Shown here: in pieces, positions 13,150 to 25,895 of the stretch
Position numbering within the stretch: the first letter of the stretch is position 1
Layout: each line of letters begins with the position of its first letter
Assembly (NCBI RefSeq): GCF_006345805.1
Contig: NC_043017.1
Coordinates: 17,050,001-17,114,000, forward strand
Origin: Octopus sinensis
Lineage: Eukaryota
Direction: 5' to 3'
DNA: 64,000 bases
Notes under the pieces: model-generated
The model's input: only the letters and a program-made list of their open reading frames with translations
Told to the model about the DNA's origin: nothing
Databases searched by the model: none
Position numbers and translations under genes: made by a program

Positions 13150-13645
13150 TTCTTAAATACTGGTTTCAAGACCACCTGGAACCAGTCACAGATGTTAATA
13201 AAGTTAGTCTTCTGAGGGACATTACCATCCATACAAATAGATGCTAATAGATCTGATATCAAAAATCAGCAAAATGCTTGCTATCTAATAGGTATGACAG
13301 TACCACCTGATCGAAATATTTCAGTTAAAGAATTTGAAAAGTTAGCTAAATAGAAGGACCTAGAGATAGAAATTAGCAGAATGTTAGAAACTGGAAACAG
13401 TTATTCCACTGATTGAAGTAGGAGCACTTGACATGGTTAAAAACAGGTCTTCACTCTTCATTGATAAAATAGCTGGAAAATCAAATAGACATGATGTCCA
13501 AAAGATTACACTAACCTTAACAGCCAATCTCTTGAGAAAATTCCTATCATTGTAACATAGTTACTAGCCTTAGGTCTCAGGTAGAGACCCAACTAGTAAC
13601 CTACATGCCCCCAAATCAAACTAAAATATAATAATAATAATAATA
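13150..13645 (+). mobile_element. 3' fragment of an R4/Dong-like LINE with restriction-like endonuclease
   Basis: Degenerate translation DITIHTNR...KEFEKLAK*KDLEIEISRM...GALDMVK...QKITL...LRKFLSL*, ending in a (TAA)n tail. Confidence 0.7.
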
Positions 13646-14597
13646 ATCAAAGAAACTGTTGTTCACAAAGCTACAAAATTTCAGTCCAAATGTGGTTTTA
13701 GAAACTCTGAGAAAAGTCTTCACACAGCATCAGGCCATAAAATTCGGGTTTCTGTTGAGTGTGCAAAGTGCAGGATTGCTGTATGCCAGGGTAGAGACAT
13801 GTTTTATTTTATTTTTTTTGTGGTGGGGGTGGTTCTACACTTCACAGGTAACAGCTTTAACTTTCTTTAAACATAATATATATTCAACCTACCTGGTCAG
13901 GTAACATGAAAGTTCATTTAGTACTTTTTTTCATAACCCCAGAACTTGCCTAAGACAGTATATGAATCCTTATTTGGATTATATGACTTAAAAAGTGCTC
14001 CAATGTGTTCTAATTTAGTGGTGTATTGTTGAGGTGGGGAGTCTAGCAAACTCTTTTTTTTTTTTTCCATTACCTGTATTGATATCCTTTCAGCATGTGT
14101 GTTATACAAATGGCCTAATTGCTTGCTTTGTCTGCTCATTCTCATGCAACTCATTCAAACAAAAAGCACACAGAATTTAAGATCACTTCATTTGTATTTC
14201 TCAATCGCATTACACCTTTCATTATTTATTTTACAAACGATAAAGAAGAACAATCGGTAAACTCAAATCATTTCATCCTATCAACAAATTTCATGAAATT
14301 CTTGCACCTATGTTTTTGATTTTTATGCGCGGTTGACTGCATCTCTGCTAAAATTTTCAGTTTCTAACAAGTCTGGGAGAGTTACATAGAAATTGTCATA
14401 TATATAGGTGCAATCTTTACCGGAGGCATCAACCTTCTTTACACTGTCTGTGCTGAAAGAAATTTTTTAGATTTTACATAATGAAAGAAAGAAAACAAAT
14501 TTTAGAGAAAAGAGTTTTGTTATACTTGGGGATGGTCATACTTTCTCAATTAAACACATACACTGTATATTTGGTTTTCACTTCAGTTTTATTATTA

Positions 14598-14872
14598 TCA
14601 TCATCATCATCATCATTTAGCGTCCGCTTTCCATGCTAGCATGGGTTGGACGGTTCAACTGAGGTCTGGGAAGCCAGAAGGCTGCACCAGGTCCAGTCTG
14701 ATCTGGCAATGTTTCTACAGCTGGATGCCCTTCCTAATGCCAACCACTCCTTGAGTGTAGTGGGTGCTTTTTACGTGCCACCGGCACAGGTGCCAGACGG
14801 GGCTGGCAACGGCCACGATTGGATGGTGCTTTCTATGTGCCACCGGCACGGGAGCCAGGCAAGGCTGGCAAC
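14598..14872 (-). mobile_element. Family C repeat (RTE 3'UTR-derived)
   Basis: (CAT)n-ttagcgtccgctttccatgctagc block with internal ~50-bp repeats. Confidence 0.9.
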
Positions 14873-14882
14873 ATTATTATTA

Positions 14883-15009
14883 TTATTATTTTAGTTTCTT
14901 TGTCAAAGTTCTTTCTGTGACCTCTTCGTGGGGTCTTTCAGAGACTCGCTGAAGAAATCACAGAATGTGTGATGAAAGAACATTGACAAAGAAACTAAAT
15001 GATAATAAA
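14883..15009. mobile_element. Short fold-back element with a hammerhead-like core
   Basis: Inverted arms ttagtttctttgtcaaagttcttt / aaagaacattgacaaagaaactaa. Inside is CTGAAGA-A-ATCAC(7 nt)GTGAT-GAAA. Confidence 0.55.
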
Positions 15010-15439
15010 GTTGAAGTGAAGCCCAAACATATAGTGCTTGTGTTTAATCGGCAAAATATGACCATCCCTGAGTATAAGAAGGTCTGTTTTAACACACGAT
15101 TTCACATCAAGAGTCTTATAAAACAAATACATAAAACATAAATAGTTTTATCATCCCAGATAAAGTATTCTGTGTCAAAAGTAGGTAAATTCAGATAACT
15201 CCAGTTGCCAAGATAGCAGTTTATTAGTTTAATCCTTGATCAATACACGTTGAAAACAATTTGATCTGTTGATAATTGAAAAGGTGTTGCAGTTAACTCG
15301 TGTCTACTTTCTGATGCTTGATAATGGCTAAAGCTTCTCATTCAATCAAAAGCTGTTTTATTCACAAGAAATAAGTTGCAGTAATAAAGTACGACCATCT
15401 GAGAGGCATCATCAGTTTCAAGTACAAATATTTCAAATA

Positions 15440-15646
15440 CTCTCTCTTTTACTCTTTTACTCTTTTACTTGTTTCAGTCATTTGACTGCGACCATGCTGG
15501 AGCACCGCCTTTAGTCGAGCAAATCGACCCCAGGACTTATTCTTTGTAAGCCCAGTACTTATTCTATCGGTCTCTTTTGCCGAACCACTAAGTGACGGGG
15601 ACATAAACACACCAGCATCGGTTGTCAAGCAATACTAGGGGGACAA

Positions 15647-15677
<31 letters not shown>

Positions 15678-15851
15678 CACATATATACGACAGGCTTCTT
15701 TCAGTTTCCGTCTACCAAATCCACTCACAAGGCATTGGTCGGCTCAGGGCTATAGCGGAAGACACTTGCCCAAGATGCCACGCAGTGGAACTAAACCCGG
15801 AACCATGTGGTTGGTTAGCAAGCTACTTACTACTCAGCCACTCCTGCGCCT
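15440..15851 (-). mobile_element. SINE family A, full length
   Basis: Reverse complement of the family consensus with a (ctctttta)n tail. Confidence 0.92.
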
Positions 15852-16105
15852 GTCGAATAAAAAATAAATTTTTTAAAATATTTTCAAAAGATAATGCTGG
15901 AACTAGAAACTTTGTAGTGATACAGAAAGGCTTTCCCAATGTGAAATTTACCATCTCGTAGAATTGCTAAAAATATTTTCACTAAAATTTTCCATTTATT
16001 AACTTTATGCAATGTCATTACGAAATGTGTATAAGAATTTAGCATAGGAAACCTCTAGATAGGATGTCATTTTATCAAACGTGTGTTTCCCTGGTTTACA
16101 TAGTA

Positions 16106-16740
16106 CAGTGGTCCTGAACCATTTTTTGCCTATGGACCCTTTGATTGCTACTCTATTCTGGATGATCTCCATAGCCATTTGATGTTCCAAAACTAGTTTT
16201 GTAGATACTTCTTTCAAAATTCCTATTTTGTTTTTCCACACATTCATTTGTGGAGCTTGAACTATGTATAATGTCAGAGAAGGAAACCTTGCTGATTCTT
16301 GCCGTAAATGCATCCAAAGCAAAATTTAACGTCCGTTTTCCATGCTAGCATGGGTTGGACGGTTCAATCGGGGTCTGGCAAGCCCTGGAGGCTGCACCAG
16401 GCTCAAGTCTAATTTGGCAGAGTTTCTACAGCTGGATGCCCTTCCTAACGCCAACCACTCCATGAGTGTAGTAGGTGTTTTTTATGTGTTACTGGCACAG
16501 GGGCCAGAGCAGGCTGGCAAACGGCCACGATCGGTTGGTGCTTCTATATGTCACCGACATGGACGCCAGTCAGGCGGTGCTGGCATCTGCCACGTTCGGA
16601 CGGTGCTTTTTACGTGTCACCGGCATGGGTGTCTTAACTACAAAGCAAAATGTTTTTTCATGGGCCCCTAAAGTAGTACTGTAGATCTCTAATTAACTAT
16701 TTTGTTTGTGTGGATCCCTAAAAATATTATATGGACCCCA
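16106..16740 (+). mobile_element. hAT-like MITE containing a family C insertion (16326-16641, - strand)
   Basis: Left end cagtggtcctgaacc, homologous to 30414-31042. The insert is flanked by duplicated caaagcaaaat. Confidence 0.7.
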
Positions 16741-17453
16741 TATCTTCTGTTTCTATCTCAGCTGTTATTCTCCAGCTCTATGGAATGCAATTAGTCAGGG
16801 TGAGTTCGTTGTCTGAAACTTGGACACAAAACAACATTACTGATGTATGAGAATCATCAATCATTTAGCCATTCAACTCAAGCTTGGTATCTTTTAGGTT
16901 TTTTTCCTCTCTAAACTGTGAAGGATGTACTCTTTCTCCTGGATAGGAGTTAATTTTATATCAACTAACTTTTGAGTGCTTTTTTTTTTAATCTGTTGAA
17001 AGAGAGTAAACAAATTGGTTCTACATAGTTTCCTATAATCTCTGTGAAAATGAAGTGTTTAGTAATTTTATTTCTGTACTTTACAGTTTTAAAATACCTA
17101 TGATCTAAGAATGGATGAACAAACTGTAGTTTAGTTAATATAATTACACCAGAGAGAGTTTCCATCAGTTGCTGAGACCTACTAGAAATAGCAACCAAAT
17201 GCTACTTAAATCATCTCTCTCCCTTTCATCTTGGGGGGAAAAAAAAAGTGCTTTAGCTAATTCAGTCCTAGATATTTCATGCCAGAAAAAAATGTGATAG
17301 TGATGGTTAATTTGCTAATTGAATCACAAAAAGTAAGAAAAAGAAAAGAAGACTTGTACACAAATCAGTGGGAGCAAATTTGTGAAGGTGATGTCCTCTG
17401 CACAAAACAGATGAAGAGAATATTGAAAATTAGGATCACAATTCTGTGAAATA

Positions 17454-17987
17454 CAGGGTGTCCATAAAGTCTGGGTAGATGGGGATTAACACATTCTTTA
17501 AGAAATTATTATTTCTTATACTCTTTTACTCTCTTTACTCTTTTACTTGTTTCAGTCATTTAACTGCGGCCATGCTGGAGCACCGCCTTTAATCGAACAA
17601 CTCGACCCCGGGACTTATTCTTTTGTAAGCCCAGTACTTATTCTATTGGTCTCTTTTGCCAAACTGGTAAGTAACGGGGACACAAACACACCAGCATTGG
17701 TTGTCAAGCAATGCTAGGGGAACAAACACAGACACACAAACACACACACGCATATATATATACATATATACGACGGGCTTCTTTCAGTTTCCGTCTACCA
17801 AATCCACTCACAAGGCTTTGGTCAGCCTGAGGCTATAGTAGAAGACACTTGCCCAAGGTGCCACACAGTGGGACTGAACCCGGAACCATGTGGTTGGTAA
17901 GCAAGCTACTTACCACACAGCCACTCCTTTAATTCTTTATGTTATGATTTTATTTACTCCATGTACCTGGACTTTGTGGACACCCTG
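17454..17987. mobile_element. Tc1/mariner MITE with nested SINE A (17521-17926, - strand)
   Basis: TA-cagggtgtccataaagtc ... gactttgtggacaccctg-TA. Confidence 0.88.
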
Positions 17988-18189
17988 TATAATCACAAAA
18001 TTACTGGAATTTAGCTTGAATGGAAAACTCTTGTAGTAAGCTCTCCCAACAGTAATTAAACTAATATGCCAGGAATGCAAGAAAACCACTGAAAGTCAAC
18101 AGCCTCCAGACACATCCTACAACCACAGCACAACCTGAACATTGGGCAAAACAACAATAATGGCTTGAAAAAAAAAAAGAATTTTTATA

Positions 18190-18584
18190 GGTGCAGGAGT
18201 GGCTGTGTGGTAAGTAGCTTGCTTACCAACCACATGATTCCGGGTTCAGTCCCACTGCGTGCATCTTGGGCAAATGTCTTCTACTATAGCCTCAGGCCGA
18301 CCAAAGCCTTGTGAGTGGATTTGGAAGACGGAAACTGAAAGAAGCCCGTCGTGTATATGTGTGTGTATGTTTGTGTGTCTGTGTTTGTCCGACCAACACC
18401 GCTTGACAACCGATGCGGGTGTGTTTACGTCCCTGTAACTTGGCGGTTCGGTAAAAGTGACCGATAGAATAAGTACTAGGCTTACAAAGAATAAGTCCTG
18501 GGGTCGATTTGATCGACTAAAGGCGGTGCTCCAGCATGGCCGCAGTCAAATGACTGAAACAAGTAAAAGAGTAAAAGAGAGAGT
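18190..18584 (+). mobile_element. SINE family A, full length
   Basis: Near-consensus copy. Confidence 0.93.
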
Positions 18585-19009
18585 AACTAAAACATCAACA
18601 TACACATTGAAATAATTCAAGAAACACTGTTGCAATCCCAGCACAAGATCCTGCAAATTCCTAATTGTATTCCCATTAAGTAATTTAGTCAATTTAATGA
18701 TGGTGGAGGTTTCATGATATATGGAAAAACCATGCATCAGGTACATTAAACATTTTACTCCAACACTAACAGAGTATTACAACAAAGGCAAAATATAAAC
18801 ATTAAAATCTATCAGTACAAAAAATTTTATAATATTTTTCAGTTGTTTAACAAATGATTTTGAACCGATTTTTCTGTAACAGGATGAGAGGCCACCGCAC
18901 TGGATGGGTGCAGCTCGCATCCTTTACATTAAATATTAAATCAAAGGAAAGAGTCAAGACTTCCGATTAACTTCAGCAGTATAAATATTTATTTCTTGAT
19001 TCACAATAT

Positions 19010-19430
19010 ATACACCCCAAGATCCCGAGTTCGATTCCAGGCAGTGACCTGAATAATAATAATAATAATAATAACAACAACATCAACATTGAAAAATACC
19101 TATTTCTTTATTACCCACAAGGGGCTAAACACAGAGGGAACAAACAAGGACAGACATAGGTATTAAGTCGATTACATTGACCCCAGTGCTTAACTGGTAC
19201 TTAATTTATCGACCCCGAAAGGATGAAAGGCAAAGTCGACCTCGGCGGAATTTGAACTCACAACGTAACGCAGACGAAATACCGCTAAGCATTAGGAATG
19301 AGAACCCAGGTTTGAAATTTCCCCAAGACACCTGTAGAAGGCTGGAGGGTATATCAGCCAAAACGTTGTGTTAACAACAAACAAGATGAGGACAAATATC
19401 CGTCGAATGTAAATAATGTCTATTAATAAT
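19010..19430 (+). mobile_element. tRNA-headed Penelope-type terminal repeat interrupted by SINE B (19102-19292, - strand)
   Basis: Collinear with 27880-28170 once the SINE B is removed at aaaaatacct|taggaatgag. B-box gttcgattcc present. Confidence 0.8.
19328..19371 (+). ncRNA. Degenerate minimal hammerhead ribozyme
   Basis: ACAC-CTGTAGA-A-GGCTG(10 nt)CAGCC-AAAAC-GTT-GTGT. Stems I and II are intact; the core has two substitutions. Confidence 0.6.
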
Positions 19431-19580
19431 TGTTTCCAATATAGGCACAAGGCCAGAAATTTTTATACTACCAGCCTTCCCCTGTACTTGAATGATCTTG
19501 AAAAGATGAACTTGGAACATAAAGAATGGGAATAAATAGTGATATACTGGTTCCACTAATCCACTGCCCCATAAATATTT

Positions 19581-19989
19581 ACTCTTTTACTCTTTTACTT
19601 GTTTCAGTCATTTGACTGCGGCCATGCTGGAGCACCGCCTTTAGTCGTGCAAATCGACCCCGGGACTTATTCTTTGTAAGCCCAGTACTTATTCTATCGG
19701 TCTCTTTTGCCGAACCGCTAAGTGACAGGGACGTAAACACACCAGCATCGGTTGTCAAGCAATGCTAGGGGGACAGACACACAAACACACACACGCATAT
19801 ATATATATATATGTATACATATATACGACAGGCTTCTTTCAGTTTCCGTCTACCAAATCCACTCACTAGGCTTTGGTCGGCCCGGGGCTATAGTAGAAGA
19901 CACTTGCCCAAGATGCCACGCAGTGGGACTGAACCCAGAACCATGTGGCTGGTTAGCAAGCTACTTACCACACAGCCACTCCTGCGCCT
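19581..19989 (-). mobile_element. SINE family A, full length
   Basis: Near-consensus copy. Confidence 0.93.
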
Positions 19990-20330
19990 ATAATTCTGAT
20001 TTTGGTAGAAGGCCAGTCATTTTGAGGGGAGGGGAATAGTGAATTCCATTGACTCTTGTGTGAATTAAACGCTAAATGTAGAGAATCAGAACAAATACCA
20101 TGAAGCATTTTTTCCGATATGCCATCCTTATGCACCTATAAATGATAGGACATATTATTACATTTCAACGAGGGAACCTATTAGAGATAGCAGCCAAATG
20201 TAGTGGTCTTAGCTAGAAAAATTTTGATCTGTGGTCTGCTCAGTCAGAGCTGACCTGGGGTTAAGCAACAATAAATTACAAAATGATAAAAAAGACAAAG
20301 TGAACAAAAATAGTATGAGTGTATTTTTAA

Positions 20331-20550
20331 CCCTTTCGTTACTGGATTTATTTTGAGATGCTCTGTGTTTCTTTCAATTACTTTAAATATAACAAAGAAT
20401 TTAGTAAAATAACTTAGTTATCATTAAGCTAGTGTTAGGAACATAAATTGTGATTAAGGTTTGGTGGGAGATTTTAATTCAAAATTTATGAAAACAAGAC
20501 ATTTGTACTCAGAGCCAGAGGCAGTTTCAGGCAGGTTAGTATCAAAAGCA
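20331..20550 (+). mobile_element. piggyBac-type MITE family 1
   Basis: TTAA-ccctttcgttac ... atcaaaagca-TTAA. Confidence 0.88.
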
Positions 20551-20581
20551 TTAAGAATTGTTTCTCTATTATATATCTTAA

Positions 20582-20802
20582 CCCTTTTGTTACCATATTT
20601 CTCTTGAGATGCTCTGTGTTTCTTTCAATTAATTTTAAATATAACAAAGAATTTAGTAAAATAACTTAGTTATCATTAAGCTAGTGTAAGGAACACAAAT
20701 TGTGACTAAGGTTTGGTGGGAGATTTTAATTAAAAACTTATGAAAACAAGACATTTGTACTCAGAGCCAGAGCCGGTTTCAGCCGGGTTAGTAATGAAAG
20801 GG
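20582..20802 (+). mobile_element. piggyBac-type MITE family 1
   Basis: TTAA-cccttttgttac ... gtaatgaaaggg-TTAA. Confidence 0.9.
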
Positions 20803-22399
20803 TTAATGAGTATAATATTCTACTAGTGAATTTTTGAAGACAATAAACATCTGCCACACCAACTGCTTTGCTCTTGTTACCAAACCTGTGTAAAGTTCCA
20901 CTTTATAATCTACAATTTTGCAAACAATATATCTCAAAGTTCTGTCCTTTTAATCTTGTACACATCACCTGGCCACACTCCCCACATGCAACCAGCTTCT
21001 CTAGTAACCCTACAGCAGCATCCTTCCACCATTAACCTCCACAACTGCAACCAAAGAAGAACAACTGTTGTCCTCTGAGTACAGAGTACATCTCCCGCCT
21101 GCTTTCACAGTTGTCATCAGCAGAGAATTTTGATACGGACAATGGAGAGAATGGAACTTGCTCCACTGTGCCTCATATTGCATGCCTGAAACACATAGAA
21201 TGGTCTGATACTTGGTCTTTAACTGACTATTTACATAATCGGTCTGCTTCGTTAGGGCAGTCCTGGTGCTAAACAATAATTAACTCCACAGCTTTGTTTT
21301 TGTTCAGTATTTTTCTATTTTCTTTTCTTCCCTTCTTCTAGAGTACATTCACTTCAATTTCTTCCATTTCTCTCCCCTACAGGTTACCCACATTAGACCA
21401 GTCTGCAGATCGTGTTTACACAACTGAGATATTTTGAGGGGGTCTCAGCAATATACTATGACCTTTTAAAGAATGTGGTTCAACTAAGACAAAAAGCAAA
21501 ATATGCTAAAGTCTTTTATTCAAACACTGTATTGGTTTCATCTAATTCCACAGACCACTAACTTATTGGTTCTTGAAGCACCTATCTTCCCTAAATAAAG
21601 CACTGAATAAAGACAATAGCATTAATTTAAATAACGATAATTATAATAATATTCATTGTTCTAAATTTTAGTGGGTTTTCTTAAGATTTTAATTTCTCTT
21701 TTTCAAAATGTATCATTCTTTAAAAGGTATGTTCATGAAATAATTGATTAATAAGGATCAATGCCAATTAGTAGTTAAAGTATAAAATTGTCCTGCACTA
21801 ATTTGTTTTACAAAATTTATATTTCTTTTACATTTTAGACCAGCTTTTCTTTTTTTTTTTAATGATTTTAATTTTAATTTTACTTACCGTGTGAGTTAAC
21901 AAAAATAATAATTAATATTCTGTATCTAAAAATGGAAGGTTTGGGCTGTTTAGAGTGTTTATTTGATCTTTTCTTTAAATGTGGTTGAATTTTGCTTTAA
22001 TGGTTGTATAGTACATGAAGTAAGGATTATAAATGTTTTGTTTTGATGTATATATTGGGGCAAGCCATATATATATATGGATTATTTTTTTATATGATTT
22101 TTACTTCTGTCTATATTCATTTTTTAAAATTCAAATTCAAAACTGGAATTTTGACAAATGTACACATTATAAATTTTATTAATATTCATTTATAATATTT
22201 GTTATATAAAAATGACAGAAAAAAAAAACCAAACAAAAAATAGTTATGCTAACCAAGAACCTGTTGATTATTACCTTCTTTCATTTTTTGATTATTACTT
22301 TGTTTCCGGTTCTAAGCACTTGATCTGAAGATCATGTTGTCTGTTGTTTTGTCACGTTGCTACATGTACAATAATCCTGGCTCTCAGTTGAGCCAATGA

Positions 22400-22960
22400 T
22401 ACTGTAGACTTAAGCTGTTCATTGCTTCCCAACCCACAGAGTTCCAGGTCGAGTCCCACTGCAAGTGTCTTCTACTACAGCCACGAGACAACTAAAACCT
22501 TATGAGTGAATTTGGTAAATGGAAACTGAAAGAAGCCCATGTATATATGTGCACGCATATGTGTGTGTGTGTGTGTGTGTGTCTTTGTGTTTGTCTCTCA
22601 CTACAACTGGTGTTGGTTCATTTACATCTTCATAACTTAGTGGTTCAGCAAAAGAGGCCAATAGAATAAGTGCCGGGCTTTAAAAAACATAAGTACTGGG
22701 ACCAATTCATTCAACTAAGACTCATTCGAGGTGGTGCCCCAGCATGGTCACAGTCCAGTGACTGAAGCAATTTTAAAATAAACTCATTTAATAGATAGGT
22801 GCAGGCATGGCTCTGTGGTAAGAAGCTTGCTTCACAACCACATGGTTCTGGGTTCAGTTCCACTGCATGGCACTTTGGGCAAATGTCTTCTACTATAGCC
22901 TCAGGCCAACCAAAGCCTTCTGAGTGGATTTGGTAGACTGGAAGAAGCCTGTCATATATA
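22400..22960 (+). mobile_element. Two degenerate SINE A copies in tandem
   Basis: Body and tail at 22400-22770, then a new head at ~22797. Confidence 0.75.
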
Positions 22961-23851
22961 TATAAAATTAAATAAGGATAGCAATTGATATTAATCAATT
23001 AAAACCAGTGGCTTAGCATCTTCAGATTTTATATATTATTGTTTAATGTCTGCCTTCCATGGTCAAGTCCCACTGCATGGTACCTCGAGTAAGTGGGACG
23101 ATTTCACAAGAGCCAGCCAGGCAGAAGCGTGCACCAAACTTCTGTGACTGTCTTGGCAGGATTTTTACAGCTGGATGCCCTTCCTAACACCATCCGCTCA
23201 GTAGAGTGGACTTAGTGCTTTTTATGTGGCACAAGCACAGGCGAGGTCAGTTTTGGCAAGGTTTTTACAGCTGGATGCCCTTCCAAGCACCAACCACTTT
23301 ACAGTGTTGACTGGGTGCTTTTAAGTGGCACCTGCACTGACAGGGTCACCAAGTACTTGCAAGACCAAAACAAATTTCAAGAGGGGAAGGGGAATTTGAG
23401 GAGGTGATCTTGTGTCAGATGATGAAAGGTTATAGTGTAAGAGAGAGACAGAATCAGCTGTCTTGCTGTGGAGGAAGTACAAGGTTACCCAACCAGAGAG
23501 AGAGAGAAAGAGATCAGGAATGAAGACAAAAGCAGGTGTGGTACTGTGAAGGAAATATATTGTTACCCAACTTGAGGGAAGTGCAGGAGAAGTACTGTAT
23601 TAAAAAATTAAAAAATTATTTGTTTGTAAGCTTAAAATAGGCTTTTATTAACCATGTATTATCAAAAAGGCATTCATAAATCAGGTACAGAACTGGGAAT
23701 GGTTATTATCGGTTTAGCCTAGAGACAAGTTAATTCAACTTAAGTTGTGTCTCCTGGAACCAATTAACGATGTAGGGTGAGTTATGCCTGTATATACATA
23801 TAGATAGATTGGTAGATACATATTTATACTTATAGATACACACACACACAC

Positions 23852-24240
23852 ATCATCATCATCATCATCATCGTTTAGCGTCCGTTTTCCATGCTAGCAT
23901 GGGTTGGACGGTTCTACTGGGGTCTGTGAATCCAGAAGGCTTCATCAGGCCCAGTCAAATCTGGCAGTGTTTCTACGGCTGGATGCCCTTCCTAACGCCA
24001 ACCACTCCATGAGTGTAGTGGGTGCTTTTTACGTGCCACCCGCACAGGTGCCAGACAGAGCTGGCAAACGGCCACGAACGGATAGTGCTTTTTATGTGCC
24101 ACCGGCACGAGGGCCAGGCGAGGCTGGCAACGGACACGAAACGGGGCGGTGCTGGCAACGGTCGTGAAACGGAAGGTTCTCTTACATGCCACCGGCACTG
24201 GTAACACATCTGCAATTTCCATTGATCGATTTCGATTCTG
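23852..24240 (-). mobile_element. Family C repeat (RTE 3'UTR-derived)
   Basis: (CAT)n tail inserted in a CA tract, with internal tandem units. Confidence 0.9.
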
Positions 24241-24523
24241 ACATGCAAGCACATACATATTTATATACACCTATGGATGTATATTTTATTACCTGTTGAG
24301 CAGAAGAATGTGTTCATGTATTTACATATTTCATATTTCAGGCCTTGTGCCTATCATAGAAAGAAAAAAAAGATGCAAATCACCTTTTATATAAACCACT
24401 AATGCTCAAAGAATACAAAACTTACTACTACAACTACTACTCTTACCCTCTCTCTTTATGGAGGGGTGGTTAATGTGAGGAAAAACCATCCTGCAGGGAA
24501 ACTATTTGTAAAACTTCGTTTAA

Positions 24524-24743
24524 CCCTTTAGTGTTTAAACCGGTTGTATCCGGCCCAGATATTCTACACATTTTATGCTCAAACTGGCCAGAACATGCAT
24601 CTCACACCTACCCTACAATGTCATTCTAAAAATAAGCAATTACATCTTCCCTATCTTGAAGGTACAAAATAATATCAGATAAATATTTTTAAATGTGAAT
24701 AAATAAGGATTACTTTTGACAAATTAATCTGAACGCTAAAGGG
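24524..24743 (+). mobile_element. piggyBac-type MITE family 2
   Basis: TTAA-ccctttagtgtttaaaccgg ... aacgctaaaggg-TTAA. Confidence 0.88.
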
Positions 24744-25051
24744 TTAAACATTCAAAATCTAAATTTACATGGGTAAATAGCCAATCTGTTTCCTTCTTTT
24801 TCATCCAATCCCCTTAATGAAAGTATTACTGTTGTAGTTGGTCAAGTTAATAATTTGTTGGACATTCAAATCAAAAGTCATTTGTTTCTATCCTGTTCCT
24901 TGTAATTAAGTACCATTTGGGAATATGAATCATTATAAAATTGAGGTATGTTTTCTTCCCTTGCAGTTCTAAGTTCAAGTCTTTCTAGTGTGTCTTCTTC
25001 AAGAGTCCTAGAAATTAGAAAAATGACTTGGGGATCAATCTTGCTGGGGCG

Positions 25052-25250
25052 GGGTAAAGCTTAGCAGTATTTTGTCTGCTGCTATGTTCTGAGTTCAAAT
25101 TCCGTCGAGGTCGACTTTGCCTTTCATCCTTTCGGGGTCGATAAATTAAGTACAAGTTACACACTGGGGTCGATGTAATCGACTTAGTCCATAATTCTGT
25201 CCTTGTTTGTCCCCTCTGTGTTTAGCCCCTTGTGGGCAATAGAGAAATAA
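25052..25250 (+). mobile_element. SINE family B, 5'-truncated
   Basis: gagttcaaattccg...gtcgactttgcctttcatcctttcggggtcgataaattaagtac. Confidence 0.88.
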
Positions 25251-25895
25251 AAGATATATTCATAGGGCATTAGTGACATAAAATCTCATGACTTCATCAA
25301 GGAAGGATAATGCTCATCATCTTTTTAACTGGGTTTCTGAAACTCTCTCTCTCTCTTTTGGAGAGGCACTGAGCAGCTATACGCACACATACACACACGG
25401 CAGTAACTTCCACCTACCGAATTCAATCACAAAGCTCCGGTCGGCTTGGGGCTATAGTGGAAGACACCTACCCAAAGTACCACGCAGTGGGACTGAACCC
25501 GAAACTATTTGGAGGAAATTGTTCTTGAAATGGAGACCGGACTCAAATGCTTGCAACAGCATGAACTTTGTTAAAGGCGCCCAAAGGTGAGATGGTGGTC
25601 GTGTCAAACTGGGTTGCTGGTCAAGTGCCAACAGAGTTAAGCAATATAGCAACATGAGAAGAAACTTTAATTAGCCATTTGAGTCCACGTTTTTATTTGT
25701 CAAGTACAGTGTAAGTGTATGTTGTGCTGTTGATAGTGACTCTTTCATTGAAGAAGTACACTAAACAGAGCCTAATTAACCAAAGAATCAACTGCATTGT
25801 ATTGTGTCTCTTGTAACGATACTGCGTATACTGGTTCTTTGTATCTCATTGTAAAGAGACATCAAGTGGAAATGTATTTCATGTATGGAGCTCTA

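Noticed and set aside
23990-24200. Repeat-spacer-like pattern of ~50-bp units (gtgcttttt.gtgccacc) resembling a CRISPR array
   Set aside because: The context is eukaryotic, the intervening parts are related to each other, and the same pattern is internal to every family C copy.
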